DNA of 26,129 nt, taken from NCBI GenBank assembly GCA_003450915.1, contig DMEM01000017.1, positions 1 through 26,129 of the forward strand. The letters are read 5' to 3'. A model generated the notes under the pieces. The model worked only from the letters and a program-made list of their open reading frames with translations. It ran no database searches and had not been told where the DNA came from. The first letter of the stretch is position 1. Each line of letters begins with the position of its first letter. A program made the translations under genes and the position numbers. Shown here in pieces: positions 8,053 through 18,216 of the stretch. The stretch comes from Alphaproteobacteria bacterium (GTDB lineage Bacteria; Pseudomonadota; Alphaproteobacteria; UBA1280; UBA12223).

Positions 8053-10725
8053 TTAAACCTCTTCAGTTTCTGCTTTTGCTTCAACATCTACAACAGTTTC
8101 TTCAGCCTCAACAACATCAGCTGTTTCAGTTACATCTGTTACTTCAATTGGGTTACCATCTTCATCAAACTCTACTTCTTCATCTTCAGCAAATAGGCTT
8201 GCTGGAATAGAAATGCAGTTAAGAGCTTTAGATTTTTTCTCTGTTTTAAAGATTGTAACACCTTGAGTTGAACGTCCAATTACAGAAATATCTGAAACAT
8301 TAGTTCTAATTACTTGACCATCTGAAGTAACAACCATGATTTGATCATCCTCTTCAACTGGAAGTGAAGCGATAACTTTACCGTTTCTTTCTGATACTTT
8401 AATTGCCATTACACCTTTAGTACCACGAGATTTTGCTGTAAACTCATCTTGATTTGTACGTTTACCAAAACCGTTTTCAGTAATTGTTAAGATGTATGGG
8501 TGATTATCTTGAATTACACGCATTGAAACAAGTTCATCTCCATCACGAAGTGTAATACCTCTAACACCTAAAGCTGTTCTACTTGCAATTGGACGTAATG
8601 AGTCAAGAGCAAATCTATTAATTGAACCGTCTTTAGTTGTCATAATAATATCACCATGGCCTTCTAAAGATACACAAACATCTAATAGCTCATCACCTTC
8701 ATTTAATGAACAACCTTTAATACCGTTAACATGAACATTGTTAAACGCTGTTAATGGTGTTTTACGGATAATACCGAATTTAGTTGCAAATAATGCTACA
8801 TAATCAGTCCAAGACTCTTTATCTTTAGGAACCGGAAGAACACGCATAACTCTCTCAGTTTTTTCAATATTTAAGAAGTTAATTAATGCTTTACCACGAG
8901 CATGTGATGAACCAACAGGTAGTTCATAAACTTTACGTTGGTAAACTTTACCTTCTGTTGTAAAGAATAATAACGGATCATGTGTATTAGCAACAAATAG
9001 AGTTTCTAATTGCTCTTTATCTTTCATGTTTGCCATTGACTTACCTTTACCGCCACGTCTTTGCGCTCTATAAGAATCAAGAGGTTGACGTTTAACATAG
9101 CCGTCTGTTGAAATAGTAACAACCATTTCTTCTGGTTTAATTAAATCTTCAATTGATAAATCACCACCAAATTCAGTAATTACAGTTTTTCTAGGGTCTG
9201 CAAATTGCTCTTTAACAGCTACAAGCTCTTCTTTTAGAATATTTAATAAAACATCTCTATTTGCTAAAATATTAACAAGAGTTCTGATATAGTCTGAAAT
9301 TTCGTTCGCTTCATTTTGAATCTTATCACGTTCTAGACCTGTTAAACGGTGTAGTCTCATTTCTAAAATAGCTTGAGCTTGAATTTCTGACATTTTATAA
9401 TTACCATCAGCATCAATTTTTTCACCTAATAATTCAATTAGAGTTTTAACTTGACCAACATGCCATGTTCTTGCAAGCAATGAAGCCTTAGCTGTTGCTG
9501 AGTCTGGTGAATTACGAACAATTTTAATAATTTCATCAATATTATCAACAGCTGTCGCAAGACCTGCTAAAATATGAGCTCTTGCTCTTGCTTTTCTTAA
9601 GTCGAACTTAGTTCTTCTTGTAATAACTTCTTCTCTGTGACGTAAGAATGCTACTAAAATGTCTTTTAGACCCATTCTCTTAGGACGACCATCATCAATT
9701 GCTAACATGTTAAATGCGAATGATGTTTGTAATGAAGTGTGTTTAAATAGAGTGTTTAGAACAATTTCAGGAAGAGAATCTCTTTTTAGCTCAATAACAC
9801 CACGCACACCGTGTCTATCTGATTCATCACGTAGATCTGAAATACCTTCAATAACACCATCTTTAACTAACTCAGCGATTCTTTCAAATAATCTAGCTTT
9901 ATTAACCTGGTAAGGCATTTCATCAATAATAATTGCATTACGACCTTCAGGAGTTTCCTCAAAGTGAGTTGCAGCACGCATTAAAACAGAACCACGGCCT
10001 GTTTCATAGATAGTTTCTAATCTATCAGCACCTAATAATAATGCACCTGTTGGAAAATCTGGAGCTTTAACATAATACATTAGATCACGAGTTGAAGCTT
10101 CTGGGTTATCTACTAAATGCAATGCAGCATCTACTGTTTCACCTAAGTTATGAGGAGGAATATTTGTTGCCATACCAACAGCAATACCTGCTGAACCATT
10201 AACTAGTAAGTTAGGGTAACGTGCTGGTAGTACAATCGGTTCTAGTTCTGACTCATCATAGTTAGGTCTAAAATCTACTGTATCTTTATCTAAGTCTGTT
10301 AATAAAGCTGTTGCAACTTTTTGCATTCTTGATTCAGTATAACGCATAGCAGCTGGGCTATCACCATCCATTGAACCAAAGTTACCTTGACCATCTACTA
10401 ATGGCACTCTCATTGAGAAGTCTTGAGCCATACGAACCATTGTATCATATACTGCTGTATCACCATGTGGGTGATATTTACCAATTACATCACCAACGAT
10501 ACGCGCTGATTTTTTGTAAGGTCTGTTCCATTCATTACCTAGCATTTTCATTGCAAATAGTACACGTCTGTGAACTGGTTTTAAACCGTCACGAACATCT
10601 GGAAGTGCACGAGATACAATAACAGACATCGCATATTTTAAATACGAGTCTTTCATAGATTGGTCAATAGCAATTTTTTCTACTGAAGAATCTTCTACAA
10701 TTGGATTGTCAATATTATCTGTCAT
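8053..10725 (-). CDS. gyrA: DNA gyrase subunit A
   Basis: [22 protein letters not shown], catalytic AAMRYTE, GyrA-box QRRGGKG (separates it from ParC), beta-pinwheel repeats, acidic tail. Confidence 0.98.
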   Translation of the reverse strand: MTDNIDNPIVEDSSVEKIAIDQSMKDSYLKYAMSVIVSRALPDVRDGLKPVHRRVLFAMKMLGNEWNRPYKKSARIVGDVIGKYHPHGDTAVYDTMVRMAQDFSMRVPLVDGQGNFGSMDGDSPAAMRYTESRMQKVATALLTDLDKDTVDFRPNYDESELEPIVLPARYPNLLVNGSAGIAVGMATNIPPHNLGETVDAALHLVDNPEASTRDLMYYVKAPDFPTGALLLGADRLETIYETGRGSVLMRAATHFEETPEGRNAIIIDEMPYQVNKARLFERIAELVKDGVIEGISDLRDESDRHGVRGVIELKRDSLPEIVLNTLFKHTSLQTSFAFNMLAIDDGRPKRMGLKDILVAFLRHREEVITRRTKFDLRKARARAHILAGLATAVDNIDEIIKIVRNSPDSATAKASLLARTWHVGQVKTLIELLGEKIDADGNYKMSEIQAQAILEMRLHRLTGLERDKIQNEANEISDYIRTLVNILANRDVLLNILKEELVAVKEQFADPRKTVITEFGGDLSIEDLIKPEEMVVTISTDGYVKRQPLDSYRAQRRGGKGKSMANMKDKEQLETLFVANTHDPLLFFTTEGKVYQRKVYELPVGSSHARGKALINFLNIEKTERVMRVLPVPKDKESWTDYVALFATKFGIIRKTPLTAFNNVHVNGIKGCSLNEGDELLDVCVSLEGHGDIIMTTKDGSINRFALDSLRPIASRTALGVRGITLRDGDELVSMRVIQDNHPYILTITENGFGKRTNQDEFTAKSRGTKGVMAIKVSERNGKVIASLPVEEDDQIMVVTSDGQVIRTNVSDISVIGRSTQGVTIFKTEKKSKALNCISIPASLFAEDEEVEFDEDGNPIEVTDVTETADVVEAEETVVDVEAKAETEEV

Positions 10726-10923
10726 TTTGAATTATCTTTCGATTATATTTTCATAAGCCCTCAAAAAGGCATTTTAAATCATTTTTACTGAAATAACCTG
10801 CTTATTATACCATAAAAAAAACAGCAAAACCACTTTTAAAGGCCTCAAAAACGAGTTTTTAAGCATTTTTAAATCTTTTTTCGTCAATTATACGCTACTT
10901 TTTAATTTTTAAAATTTTTAGAC

Positions 10924-10968
10924 AAAAAAATAAAAGCCCTTAGATTAATTTCTAAGAGCTTTTATTTT
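10924..10968 (-). terminator. Terminator after ORF 11619
   Basis: Minus strand AAAATAAAAGCTCTTAGA / TCTAAGGGCTTTTATTTT stem followed by T tract. Confidence 0.85.
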
Positions 10969-10974
10969 CCGAAG

Positions 10975-11619
10975 TTAGTGAATAAGTTGATGTTTAATTT
11001 CAAATTCTGCGAAGATATTTTTTTCCTCATGCTCATTAATAAGTCTTTGCTGAGTTTGTGAGGCTGCCAGAGACATATCATATGCACGTTCAGAAATCAA
11101 CATAAGATTATCTTGAACTTCAAGCTGTTCTAAAGCTTGAGTTTTAGGACCATCATGAAATGTGTCAAAAAACCGGTTAGGCTCTACCGGACCTGCTAAA
11201 ATGCTATAATACATCCCATAGAGATCATCAAAACCGAATTCCATAAAAGATACCTTAGCAAAACTTAAAGGATCATACGGAGTACATGCTAAAAATGAGT
11301 TAGCGGCTTCTAAACTTTCAGCAAACTTTTCTAAATAATTAAAACATTTTTTATTTATATCTTCAAGCTGCTCAACTATCATATTTTCAAAATCTAAGTC
11401 ATCATCAATCAGCTCTTCAAGCTCACATAAATCATCTAAAGAACTTAAAAAGCTAACGGCTTTATCACGCCTTCCAAGTTTTGAATTAGTCAACCCCACT
11501 GCTATTATAACCATATTATCTATAAGTTTACGAGCATCTGAGTTTGCAAGTAATGAAATATTTTCTATATTTTCTTTTGCCGTTTCTAGGACATCTTCAT
11601 CAGTCTGTTTATAAATCAT
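10975..11619 (-). CDS. Hypothetical acidic protein, 214 aa
   Basis: AGGGGG RBS, own promoter and terminator; hand count about 42 D/E vs 18 K/R; no family recognised. Confidence 0.8.
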   Translation of the reverse strand: MIYKQTDEDVLETAKENIENISLLANSDARKLIDNMVIIAVGLTNSKLGRRDKAVSFLSSLDDLCELEELIDDDLDFENMIVEQLEDINKKCFNYLEKFAESLEAANSFLACTPYDPLSFAKVSFMEFGFDDLYGMYYSILAGPVEPNRFFDTFHDGPKTQALEQLEVQDNLMLISERAYDMSLAASQTQQRLINEHEEKNIFAEFEIKHQLIH

Positions 11620-11662
11620 ACATCCCCCTAATACCTAAGGTAAACGTTATTATTGTAGAAAT

Positions 11663-11691
11663 ATTATATAAGCTAATTTTTTAGAAATCAA
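11663..11691 (-). promoter_or_regulatory. sigma70 promoter of ORF 11619
   Basis: TTGATT-17 nt-TATAAT. Confidence 0.75.
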
Positions 11692-11694
11692 TAT

Positions 11695-11730
11695 AAAAGC
11701 CCCTCTCTATTTTCACAGAATAAGGAGCTT
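11695..11730 (-). terminator. Probable terminator after ORF 12660
   Basis: Minus strand AAGCTCCT...AGGGGCTTTT, imperfect stem. Confidence 0.55.
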
Positions 11731-11745
11731 ATGAATTTGCTAAAT

Positions 11746-12660
11746 TTAAACATCTTGAGATTCAACCTGTTCATCTTCTGATACATCAGAAGCATCAACT
11801 TTAATAAATTGTAAATATTTACGACCTTGCATAGCCAAAGAGCTGTAAATATTAAAAAAACTATCAAAAGCCTTATTAATCTCTAAAACTTCATTTATAT
11901 TATTATAACTGCTAGCATCAATAGTTACAGTCCACTCTTCAAGAAAATCAGACTTCTCCTTCAAAAATTTAATTTTTGCAACATACTCCTCAGCATCTTT
12001 CTTACTAATATTATGCATATTCAGCTTTGCCAGCTCAACAACAGTACCAGCAATATCGCAATATGCTTGATAATCAGGTCCATCAACGATATGTTCATAT
12101 TGCAATAAACATCCCCAAGCCTTATTACGCTGAAGGGTATATTCTGCTTCAGACTCGGATACTTCAAATTCTGAGTCTTCTAGGTCTTGCGGCATCACAT
12201 TTGGATCACCATCACAGTAAATTTCAGGTGGATTATACGCAGATAACTCTGATTCATCTGGGCAAATAAAATCATCAATTTCAGTGTATTCACTCAAAAA
12301 ACAGCTAGGCACTCGACTGGCCAGTTTTTCACGATATGGTTCATATTTCTCCAAAATCTCAAGTATTGAGTCTGTCGCTTCCAGCAATTCAATTACCATT
12401 TGAACATTATGCTCTAGATAATTATCAATCCCCTCCAACTTTGAAAACAAAACACAAGTAGCACCTCTCGATTCTGATAACTTTTCATAATAAAATGGCA
12501 AATACATTAAATCTTGATACTCTTTAGAACTCTCTTCATAATTTTCAAGTGCTAGTAATGAGACTAAGGCTGCCCGCTGCATAATATCAAGCTGTAGGTC
12601 GATATCAACATCATCTAAGCGATTTTGACAACTTTCTATCAGTTCTGGTAGTTTTTTCAT
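11746..12660 (-). CDS. Hypothetical acidic protein, about 304 aa; start revised to the MKKLPEL ATG
   Basis: AAGGA lies 7 nt before ATG at 12660; hand count about 65 D/E vs 26 K/R; no family recognised. Confidence 0.8.
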   Translation of the reverse strand: MKKLPELIESCQNRLDDVDIDLQLDIMQRAALVSLLALENYEESSKEYQDLMYLPFYYEKLSESRGATCVLFSKLEGIDNYLEHNVQMVIELLEATDSILEILEKYEPYREKLASRVPSCFLSEYTEIDDFICPDESELSAYNPPEIYCDGDPNVMPQDLEDSEFEVSESEAEYTLQRNKAWGCLLQYEHIVDGPDYQAYCDIAGTVVELAKLNMHNISKKDAEEYVAKIKFLKEKSDFLEEWTVTIDASSYNNINEVLEINKAFDSFFNIYSSLAMQGRKYLQFIKVDASDVSEDEQVESQDV

Positions 12661-12774
12661 TTTCATATCCTTAGCGCCAATAAATAGCAGCAAAAAATAT
12701 AATAAGAGTAAAGTATATAAAGATATACACTACAAAAGACATACGACGTTATTAATAGTATATGCATAAAAACG

Positions 12775-12802
12775 AAAAAAATCCAGCACTAGACTGGATT
12801 TT
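12775..12802 (-). terminator. Terminator after ORF 13264
   Basis: Minus strand AAAATCCAG-loop-CTGGATTTTTTT. Confidence 0.85.
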
Positions 12803-12820
12803 AATTAAGTTTTTGGTTCA

Positions 12821-13264
12821 TTAAGCAGCCGCTTGTTTGTAATCAATGGTAAACTCAACATCTTCAAGAAGATGATTAGCAACAGCCTCAACATCGTTAA
12901 TAAGCAAACACTCTGCCAGTTCGAGAACGTAATCTAAAGCATCTTCATACTCTTCAACCAGTCCATCCATTGCTAAGATTTCATCGCACTGTTCAGGGGT
13001 TAGATTAGGTTTTTCTTCAACATAACACATCGAAAGACCGTTTATATAGTCGGCCTTACAATTAGCATGAGAGAGAGTTAACAGATAGACCACAGATACC
13101 ATCACCTGAGATTCATCACCAGTATACACATGCTTTTTAGCCAGATCTGCCGCCTGGCTAATAATGTTTGAATTAGGATAGCGCTTTTGAGAAAGCAAAT
13201 CTGCAAATTTATTTTGCTCTTCCAAAGCCATGAAAATGATCTCTAGAGAAAAGGAACTGTTCAT
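12821..13264 (-). CDS. Hypothetical acidic protein, 147 aa, ending KQAAA
   Basis: AGGAGG RBS; hand count about 27 D/E vs 8 K/R; no family recognised. Confidence 0.82.
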   Translation of the reverse strand: MNSSFSLEIIFMALEEQNKFADLLSQKRYPNSNIISQAADLAKKHVYTGDESQVMVSVVYLLTLSHANCKADYINGLSMCYVEEKPNLTPEQCDEILAMDGLVEEYEDALDYVLELAECLLINDVEAVANHLLEDVEFTIDYKQAAA

Positions 13265-13280
13265 TGTAGCCTCCTAATGA

Positions 13281-13370
13281 GAACATATCGACATATAAGC
13301 CGATAAAGTAGCCAAATGATTTTGGCCGTAGAAACACTTCAATTATTTAAAGTGTTGAAAAGAGTTGTTC
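13281..13370 (-). promoter_or_regulatory. Structured 5' leader (three hairpins inside a closing stem) of ORF 13264
   Basis: Hairpins at 13333-13356, 13310-13327, 13286-13305, each with a G-U pair only on the minus strand; closing GAACA/TGTTC. Confidence 0.55.
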
Positions 13371-13393
13371 ATAAAATTGAATGTATTGACAAA

Positions 13394-13422
13394 ATAGTAT
13401 CACTTTATAAATACTCTGTCTA
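13394..13422 (-). promoter_or_regulatory. sigma70 promoter of ORF 13264
   Basis: TAGACA-17 nt-TACTAT with extended -10 TG, just downstream of the rpoD terminator. Confidence 0.65.
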
Positions 13423-13423
13423 C

Positions 13424-13458
13424 AAAAAAACACCCTTTTAAATAAAAGAGTGCTTTTT
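13424..13458 (-). terminator. Terminator after rpoD
   Basis: Minus strand AAAAAGCACTCTTTTA-tt-TAAAAGGGTGTTTTTTT. Confidence 0.8.
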
Positions 13459-13475
13459 ATAATAAAATGAATTTT

Positions 13476-15350
13476 TTAATCTTCTAAGAAAGTTTTAATC
13501 ATCTTAGCTCTGCTTGGGTGTTGCAGTTTTTTCAATGCTTTTGCTTCGATCTGTCTGATACGCTCACGTGTAACATTAAATTTTTGACCAACTTCTTCAA
13601 GAGTATGATCTTGTGACATACCAATACCAAATCTCATTCTTAAAACTCTCTCTTCTCTTGGTGTTAGAGATGATAGAACTTCTGTTAGAGTATCTCTTAA
13701 GTTTGATCTAACAGCGGCATCAATTGGTAAAGTAGCGTTTGTATCTTCAATAAAGTCACCTAGTGAAGAGTCATCTTCGTCACCTACGGGTGTTTCTAAA
13801 GAAATTGGCTCTTTAGCAATTTTTTGAACTTTTCTAACTTTATCAATTGGCATGTTTAGCTCTTTTGCTAGCTCTTCTTGAGTTGGCTCACGACCCATAT
13901 CAATTGTCATTTGTCTTTGAGTTCTATTTAGCTTGTTGATTGTTTCAATCATATGCACTGGAATTCTAATTGTTCTAGCTTGATCTGCAATAGAACGAGT
14001 AATCGCTTGACGAATCCACCATGTTGCATATGTTGAGAACTTGTAACCACGTTTGTATTCAAACTTATCAACAGCTTTCATTAAACCGATGTTACCTTCT
14101 TGAATTAAATCTAAGAATTGTAAGCCTCTGTTCACATATTTTTTAGCAATTGAAATTACTAGTCTTAAGTTAGCTTCAACCATGTCTTTTTTAGCTTGGT
14201 TAGTGATTCTCTCACCTTTTCTAACTTGCGTTGCTAGATCTTTAAATTCAGATACTGTTAAACCTAATTTTGAAACCTCATCTAAAACTTTTGCATGTAG
14301 TGATTTTAATTCTTCACCTACAGTAGCCATTGCTTCTTGCCAGATTTTAGCTTTTTCAGCTTTTTTCTCTAACCATTCAGCGTCATCTTCTGTACCGATA
14401 TAAGCTTTTAAGAATTTATCTCTAGACATACCTGTTGAAGTAGCTACTCTTAGCATTTCACCTTCTAGTCTTGTAACTTTTCTTGATGTTTCATAAATAA
14501 CACCAACTAAATCAGAAAGTTTTGAATTTACTAGAGGAATATCACTAATAACTTCTTGTAAAACATTTAATAAGCTCTTAAACTCTTTATTTGATTTTCT
14601 TTTTTCAACTATATCTAATGATGGCTCAAGCCTTGTTGCATTTAGCTGCTGTAGAACTTGATTTGATGAAATAATTTGTTCGAATTCTTCAAACATCATC
14701 GGTGTATATTTTTCTTCAAGCTGAGCAATTGATGCAAAATCATCCTCAATATCAACAGATGACATATCTGATTCTTCTGATCCTGATTCTTCTGAAGTAT
14801 CAGCCTCTGATGATGCTAAAGTAGCAGTTTCTGGTTCTGCTGAAAATACTTTTTCTTCTGAATGCATATCATGTAATGTTGAAATATCAACTAATTCTCT
14901 CAAGAATTTTTCTTCTGACATAATCTTATGCATATCTTCAACTACTGACTGATAAATAGACGGAATTGAGAATAATGCTGTAGACATCTGAGACTTACCC
15001 TCTTCAATTCTTTCAGCAATTTCAATTTCACCTTCTCTATCTAATAGTTTTACAGTACCCATTTCTCTTAAGTAAAGTCTTACAGGGTCATCTGTTCTGC
15101 TAACACTAGGCTCAGCTTTTGCTACATTTCTTGTAACTTTTTTCTCTGATTTTGAAAGATCAACTTTAAATTCTTCTTCATCAGACATATTTTTTTCTAA
15201 TGAATAGTCAGAAGAGCTTTCAATAATTGATGAAACATCGTCCATATCAGATGCGTCAGATTCATCGATTTCTTCAAAATCTATTTCAGTTGCACCAATA
15301 GATTCAATTTCTTTTTCAGACTTTTTGTTCTGTTCTGTAATTGCAGACAT
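13476..15350 (-). CDS. rpoD: RNA polymerase primary sigma factor sigma70 (ATG at 15350; TTG at 15359 also possible)
   Basis: [14 protein letters not shown] (1.2), [14 protein letters not shown] (2.1), [44 protein letters not shown]. Confidence 0.98.
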   Translation of the reverse strand: MSAITEQNKKSEKEIESIGATEIDFEEIDESDASDMDDVSSIIESSSDYSLEKNMSDEEEFKVDLSKSEKKVTRNVAKAEPSVSRTDDPVRLYLREMGTVKLLDREGEIEIAERIEEGKSQMSTALFSIPSIYQSVVEDMHKIMSEEKFLRELVDISTLHDMHSEEKVFSAEPETATLASSEADTSEESGSEESDMSSVDIEDDFASIAQLEEKYTPMMFEEFEQIISSNQVLQQLNATRLEPSLDIVEKRKSNKEFKSLLNVLQEVISDIPLVNSKLSDLVGVIYETSRKVTRLEGEMLRVATSTGMSRDKFLKAYIGTEDDAEWLEKKAEKAKIWQEAMATVGEELKSLHAKVLDEVSKLGLTVSEFKDLATQVRKGERITNQAKKDMVEANLRLVISIAKKYVNRGLQFLDLIQEGNIGLMKAVDKFEYKRGYKFSTYATWWIRQAITRSIADQARTIRIPVHMIETINKLNRTQRQMTIDMGREPTQEELAKELNMPIDKVRKVQKIAKEPISLETPVGDEDDSSLGDFIEDTNATLPIDAAVRSNLRDTLTEVLSSLTPREERVLRMRFGIGMSQDHTLEEVGQKFNVTRERIRQIEAKALKKLQHPSRAKMIKTFLED

Positions 15351-15412
15351 ATTCTTCAATATTCCTTTGTTGATTTTAATTTTGGGCTTAAATATTAATT
15401 AGTAATTATAGG

Positions 15413-17155
15413 CTAGTTATTTGAGTTTAAACTTGCTACTTGTAAAAACTGGGCCACGACTTTATCTGACTTCTTATTTGAACTTTGCTTATTATTTTGC
15501 AACTGGTTATATAAGTCGTTCCAGTAATTAGCTATTCCTTGCTCTTGTATATTCTCTTGCTCACCTTGCAAGATTCCTTCACAAGATTTCAAAACTCTTG
15601 ATTTTAGCTCTATTAAGCTTACATTTCTTAGATAATCATCAAATTCTTGATTGTCAAGGTCTGATGAGTCTAAAAATTCTAAGATTGCTTTTTGTAAAAT
15701 TTTATGTTCACTGTCATTAAAAACAATTTCAGCAAACTTTTCTTCAAAGCAAAGGGTTTGTTTTGGATATTGCAAGGTTAATGCCAAGATAAGGTTTTCC
15801 TCATGATTCTTCTTCTCTGCAGCTTCTAGTCTTGCTGTTTTTGTGCCTAAGCGTGAACGATTCTTTAACGCTATTTGCTGATTCTTATCAATACCCCTAC
15901 CATAGTTCCATAAATTCTCTCTTAATGCTGTCTTATATTGACGAGCAATAGTCTCATTTTGGATAACAGAAGTAAGCTCATTAATTTCTTGTTCAACTAC
16001 AGCTCTATCATCAGCAGTCTTAAGATCTTTACCTTTTACAATATTTTGCCATAAGCATTCAGTAATTGCGAACGTGCTTTCAGCTAATTTTAAGAACTCT
16101 TCCTTACCGTATTTTTTAACAAATGAATCTGGATCTTCACCATCTGGCATAACCATAAAGCGTAAAGTTCTACCAGGCTGTAAAATGCTCAAGGCTCTTT
16201 TTGCTGCTCTAAAGGCTGCTGTTTGACCAGCTACATCACCATCAAGGCAAATAATAGGAGATGACTGATACTTCCATAATAATAACAATTGACCTTCGGT
16301 AATAGCAGTCCCAAGCGGAGCAACCGCTGTTTTTAAACCACTATTATAAAGCCCAATAACATCCATATATCCTTCAACAATAAAAGCTTGATTTGACTTT
16401 CTAATATCCTCTTGGTTTTTATTTAATCCAAAAAGATTATAACTCTTATTAAATAACTTTGTTTCCGGAGAGTTTAAATACTTAGGTTCTTCTTTTTCAA
16501 TAACTCGACCACCAAAAGCAATCACTTGGTTCTTATAGTTCTCAATAGGAAACATAATTCTGTTACGGAACCTATCATAACCACCTTTATCAGATGGAAC
16601 AACTAAACCGTTATCTATAAGAATATTTTGTGAGATACCTTGCTGAGTTAAGCTATTTTTCAGATCATTCCAACTATTTAGAGCAAAACCTAGCTTGAAT
16701 TGAGCGATTGTTTCTTCACTTAAACCACGCTCTAGCAAATATTTTTTAGCTAGTTCTGTTTCTGTTAGTCTTTTTTGATAAAGCTTTGTGGCAAATTCTA
16801 AAGCTTTAATTGAATCTGAATATTCTTTTTGTTGAGCCGGAGAAACATTTTGAGTTTCTAGCTTAATACCTGCCATATCAGCCAAGTATTCAACTACTTC
16901 AGGGAAAGTTCCACCCCTAACAAATTTGGCAAATTCAAAGATATTACCGTGGGCTGAACAGCCGAAGCAATGGTAATACTTTTTATCTTCCCTAACATGA
17001 AATGATGCTGTTTTTTCTCCATGGAATGGACAACAGCCCCAGTAGTCATTACCACGACGTTTTAACTGGACACTCTTTCCTACGAAGTCCACTAGTGATA
17101 ATCTTTGAACAATCATGTCCAAATCATGTTTTGAAAATTTGATTATATTTGCCAT
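15413..17155 (-). CDS. dnaG: DNA primase; start revised to MANIIKF
   Basis: Zinc-binding CPFHGEKTASF...YHCFGC, DRFRNRIMFPI, KYLNSPET, TOPRIM VEGYMD and DGD; directly upstream of rpoD. Confidence 0.97.
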   Translation of the reverse strand: MANIIKFSKHDLDMIVQRLSLVDFVGKSVQLKRRGNDYWGCCPFHGEKTASFHVREDKKYYHCFGCSAHGNIFEFAKFVRGGTFPEVVEYLADMAGIKLETQNVSPAQQKEYSDSIKALEFATKLYQKRLTETELAKKYLLERGLSEETIAQFKLGFALNSWNDLKNSLTQQGISQNILIDNGLVVPSDKGGYDRFRNRIMFPIENYKNQVIAFGGRVIEKEEPKYLNSPETKLFNKSYNLFGLNKNQEDIRKSNQAFIVEGYMDVIGLYNSGLKTAVAPLGTAITEGQLLLLWKYQSSPIICLDGDVAGQTAAFRAAKRALSILQPGRTLRFMVMPDGEDPDSFVKKYGKEEFLKLAESTFAITECLWQNIVKGKDLKTADDRAVVEQEINELTSVIQNETIARQYKTALRENLWNYGRGIDKNQQIALKNRSRLGTKTARLEAAEKKNHEENLILALTLQYPKQTLCFEEKFAEIVFNDSEHKILQKAILEFLDSSDLDNQEFDDYLRNVSLIELKSRVLKSCEGILQGEQENIQEQGIANYWNDLYNQLQNNKQSSNKKSDKVVAQFLQVASLNSNN

Positions 17156-17214
17156 ACTTATATTTTTAGTATAAATTAGAATAATATGCAAGAAAAAAAC
17201 AAGGAAATATCATC

Positions 17215-18186
17215 ATGTTCAAAAAACCAAATGTTGTAGTTATCGGTGGTGGCACAGGATTATCCAACCTTTTAAGAGGGTTAAAGCACTTTCCTGTAAA
17301 CTTAAGTGCAATTGTTAGCGTAGCAGACGACGGAGGCTCAACCGGAAAATTAAGAAAAGATTACGATATGCCAGCTCCTGGTGATTTAAGAAACGTTATG
17401 GTTTCATTAAGCAAACAAGAAAGCCTAATAGAAGAAATGTTTCAGTATCGATTTACCGAAGGCGAGCTTGAAGGACATTGTTTAGGCAATATTATGTTAA
17501 CAGGTATGATGAACTTAACAGGATCAATGACTCAAGCAACTAAAGCCTTAAGCGATATGTTAGATCTATACGGTGAAGTTATTCCTGTTTCAAACCAAGC
17601 TTTAGATTTATGTGCCAAACTATCAAATGGCGACATTGTAAAAGGCGAATCAACAATTGGCAAAGCAGTAACAGAAACATCTGCAAAAATTGAATATGTA
17701 TTTTATGAAGAAGATGCTAATGCGACACGACGTGCTATGAAGGCAATTAAAAATGCTGACTTTGTCATTTTTGGGATCGGCAGTTTATATACAAGCATTG
17801 CTCCCAACTTAATTATCGAAGGAATTAAAAAGGAGCTAGCATATTCAAAAGCTGAAAAAATTTATGTATGCAATGCCATGCAACAACCAGGTGAAACAGT
17901 TGGCTATTCTGTAGCAGACCACGTAAAAGCAATTGAACAACATCTTGAAGGTAAAGTTGATACTGTTTTTGCTAACAACAATACAAACATCCCTGAAGAT
18001 ATTCTACAAAAGTATTTTAATGATGGTGTTGATGTTGTTAAAATTGATAAAGAAAATCTAACTGGCTATAACCTGGTAGAAAAAGATCTTTTAGAAATTG
18101 ATAAAAGTACAAATTGGATTCGTCATAATTATTTAAAACTAGGTATGGAACTTTATGCCTATATTCTACAGAACTCACAAAAGTAA
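17215..18186 (+). CDS. yvcK: YvcK/GlmR-family gluconeogenesis factor (CofD-related, UDP-sugar binding)
   Basis: VVIGGGTGLSNLLRGLK, VADDGGSTGKLR, PAPGDLRN, GHCLGN, GSLYTSIAPNL, YVCNAMQQPGET, IRH. Confidence 0.9.
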   Translation: MFKKPNVVVIGGGTGLSNLLRGLKHFPVNLSAIVSVADDGGSTGKLRKDYDMPAPGDLRNVMVSLSKQESLIEEMFQYRFTEGELEGHCLGNIMLTGMMNLTGSMTQATKALSDMLDLYGEVIPVSNQALDLCAKLSNGDIVKGESTIGKAVTETSAKIEYVFYEEDANATRRAMKAIKNADFVIFGIGSLYTSIAPNLIIEGIKKELAYSKAEKIYVCNAMQQPGETVGYSVADHVKAIEQHLEGKVDTVFANNNTNIPEDILQKYFNDGVDVVKIDKENLTGYNLVEKDLLEIDKSTNWIRHNYLKLGMELYAYILQNSQK

Positions 18187-18188
18187 AT

Positions 18189-18215
18189 AAAAGAGCCTAG
18201 AACAGGCTCTTTTTT
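18189..18215. terminator. Bidirectional terminator between yvcK and the pilin-like genes
   Basis: AAAAGAGCCT-agaac-AGGCTCTTTTTT. Confidence 0.85.
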
Positions 18216-18216
18216 G

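Noticed and set aside
10440-10475. GyrA Thr at the Ser83-equivalent position (HGDTAVYD) as quinolone resistance
   Set aside because: Thr is the natural residue in many wild-type species
10757-10881. Imperfect duplicated words (CCTCAAAAA; GCATTTTAAATC) upstream of gyrA
   Set aside because: Short and AT-rich; not distinguishable from chance or generic A-tract promoter context
12713-12729. GTATAT-N4-ATATAC palindrome, with an 11-mer shared with the ORF 6943 promoter, as a common operator
   Set aside because: The second site has only a half palindrome; such AT-rich matches are expected by chance
15100-15350. Apparent loss of sigma70 region 1.1
   Set aside because: IDFEEIDE and MDDVSSII align plausibly with LTYAEVND and IEDIIQMI, so the region is diverged rather than absent
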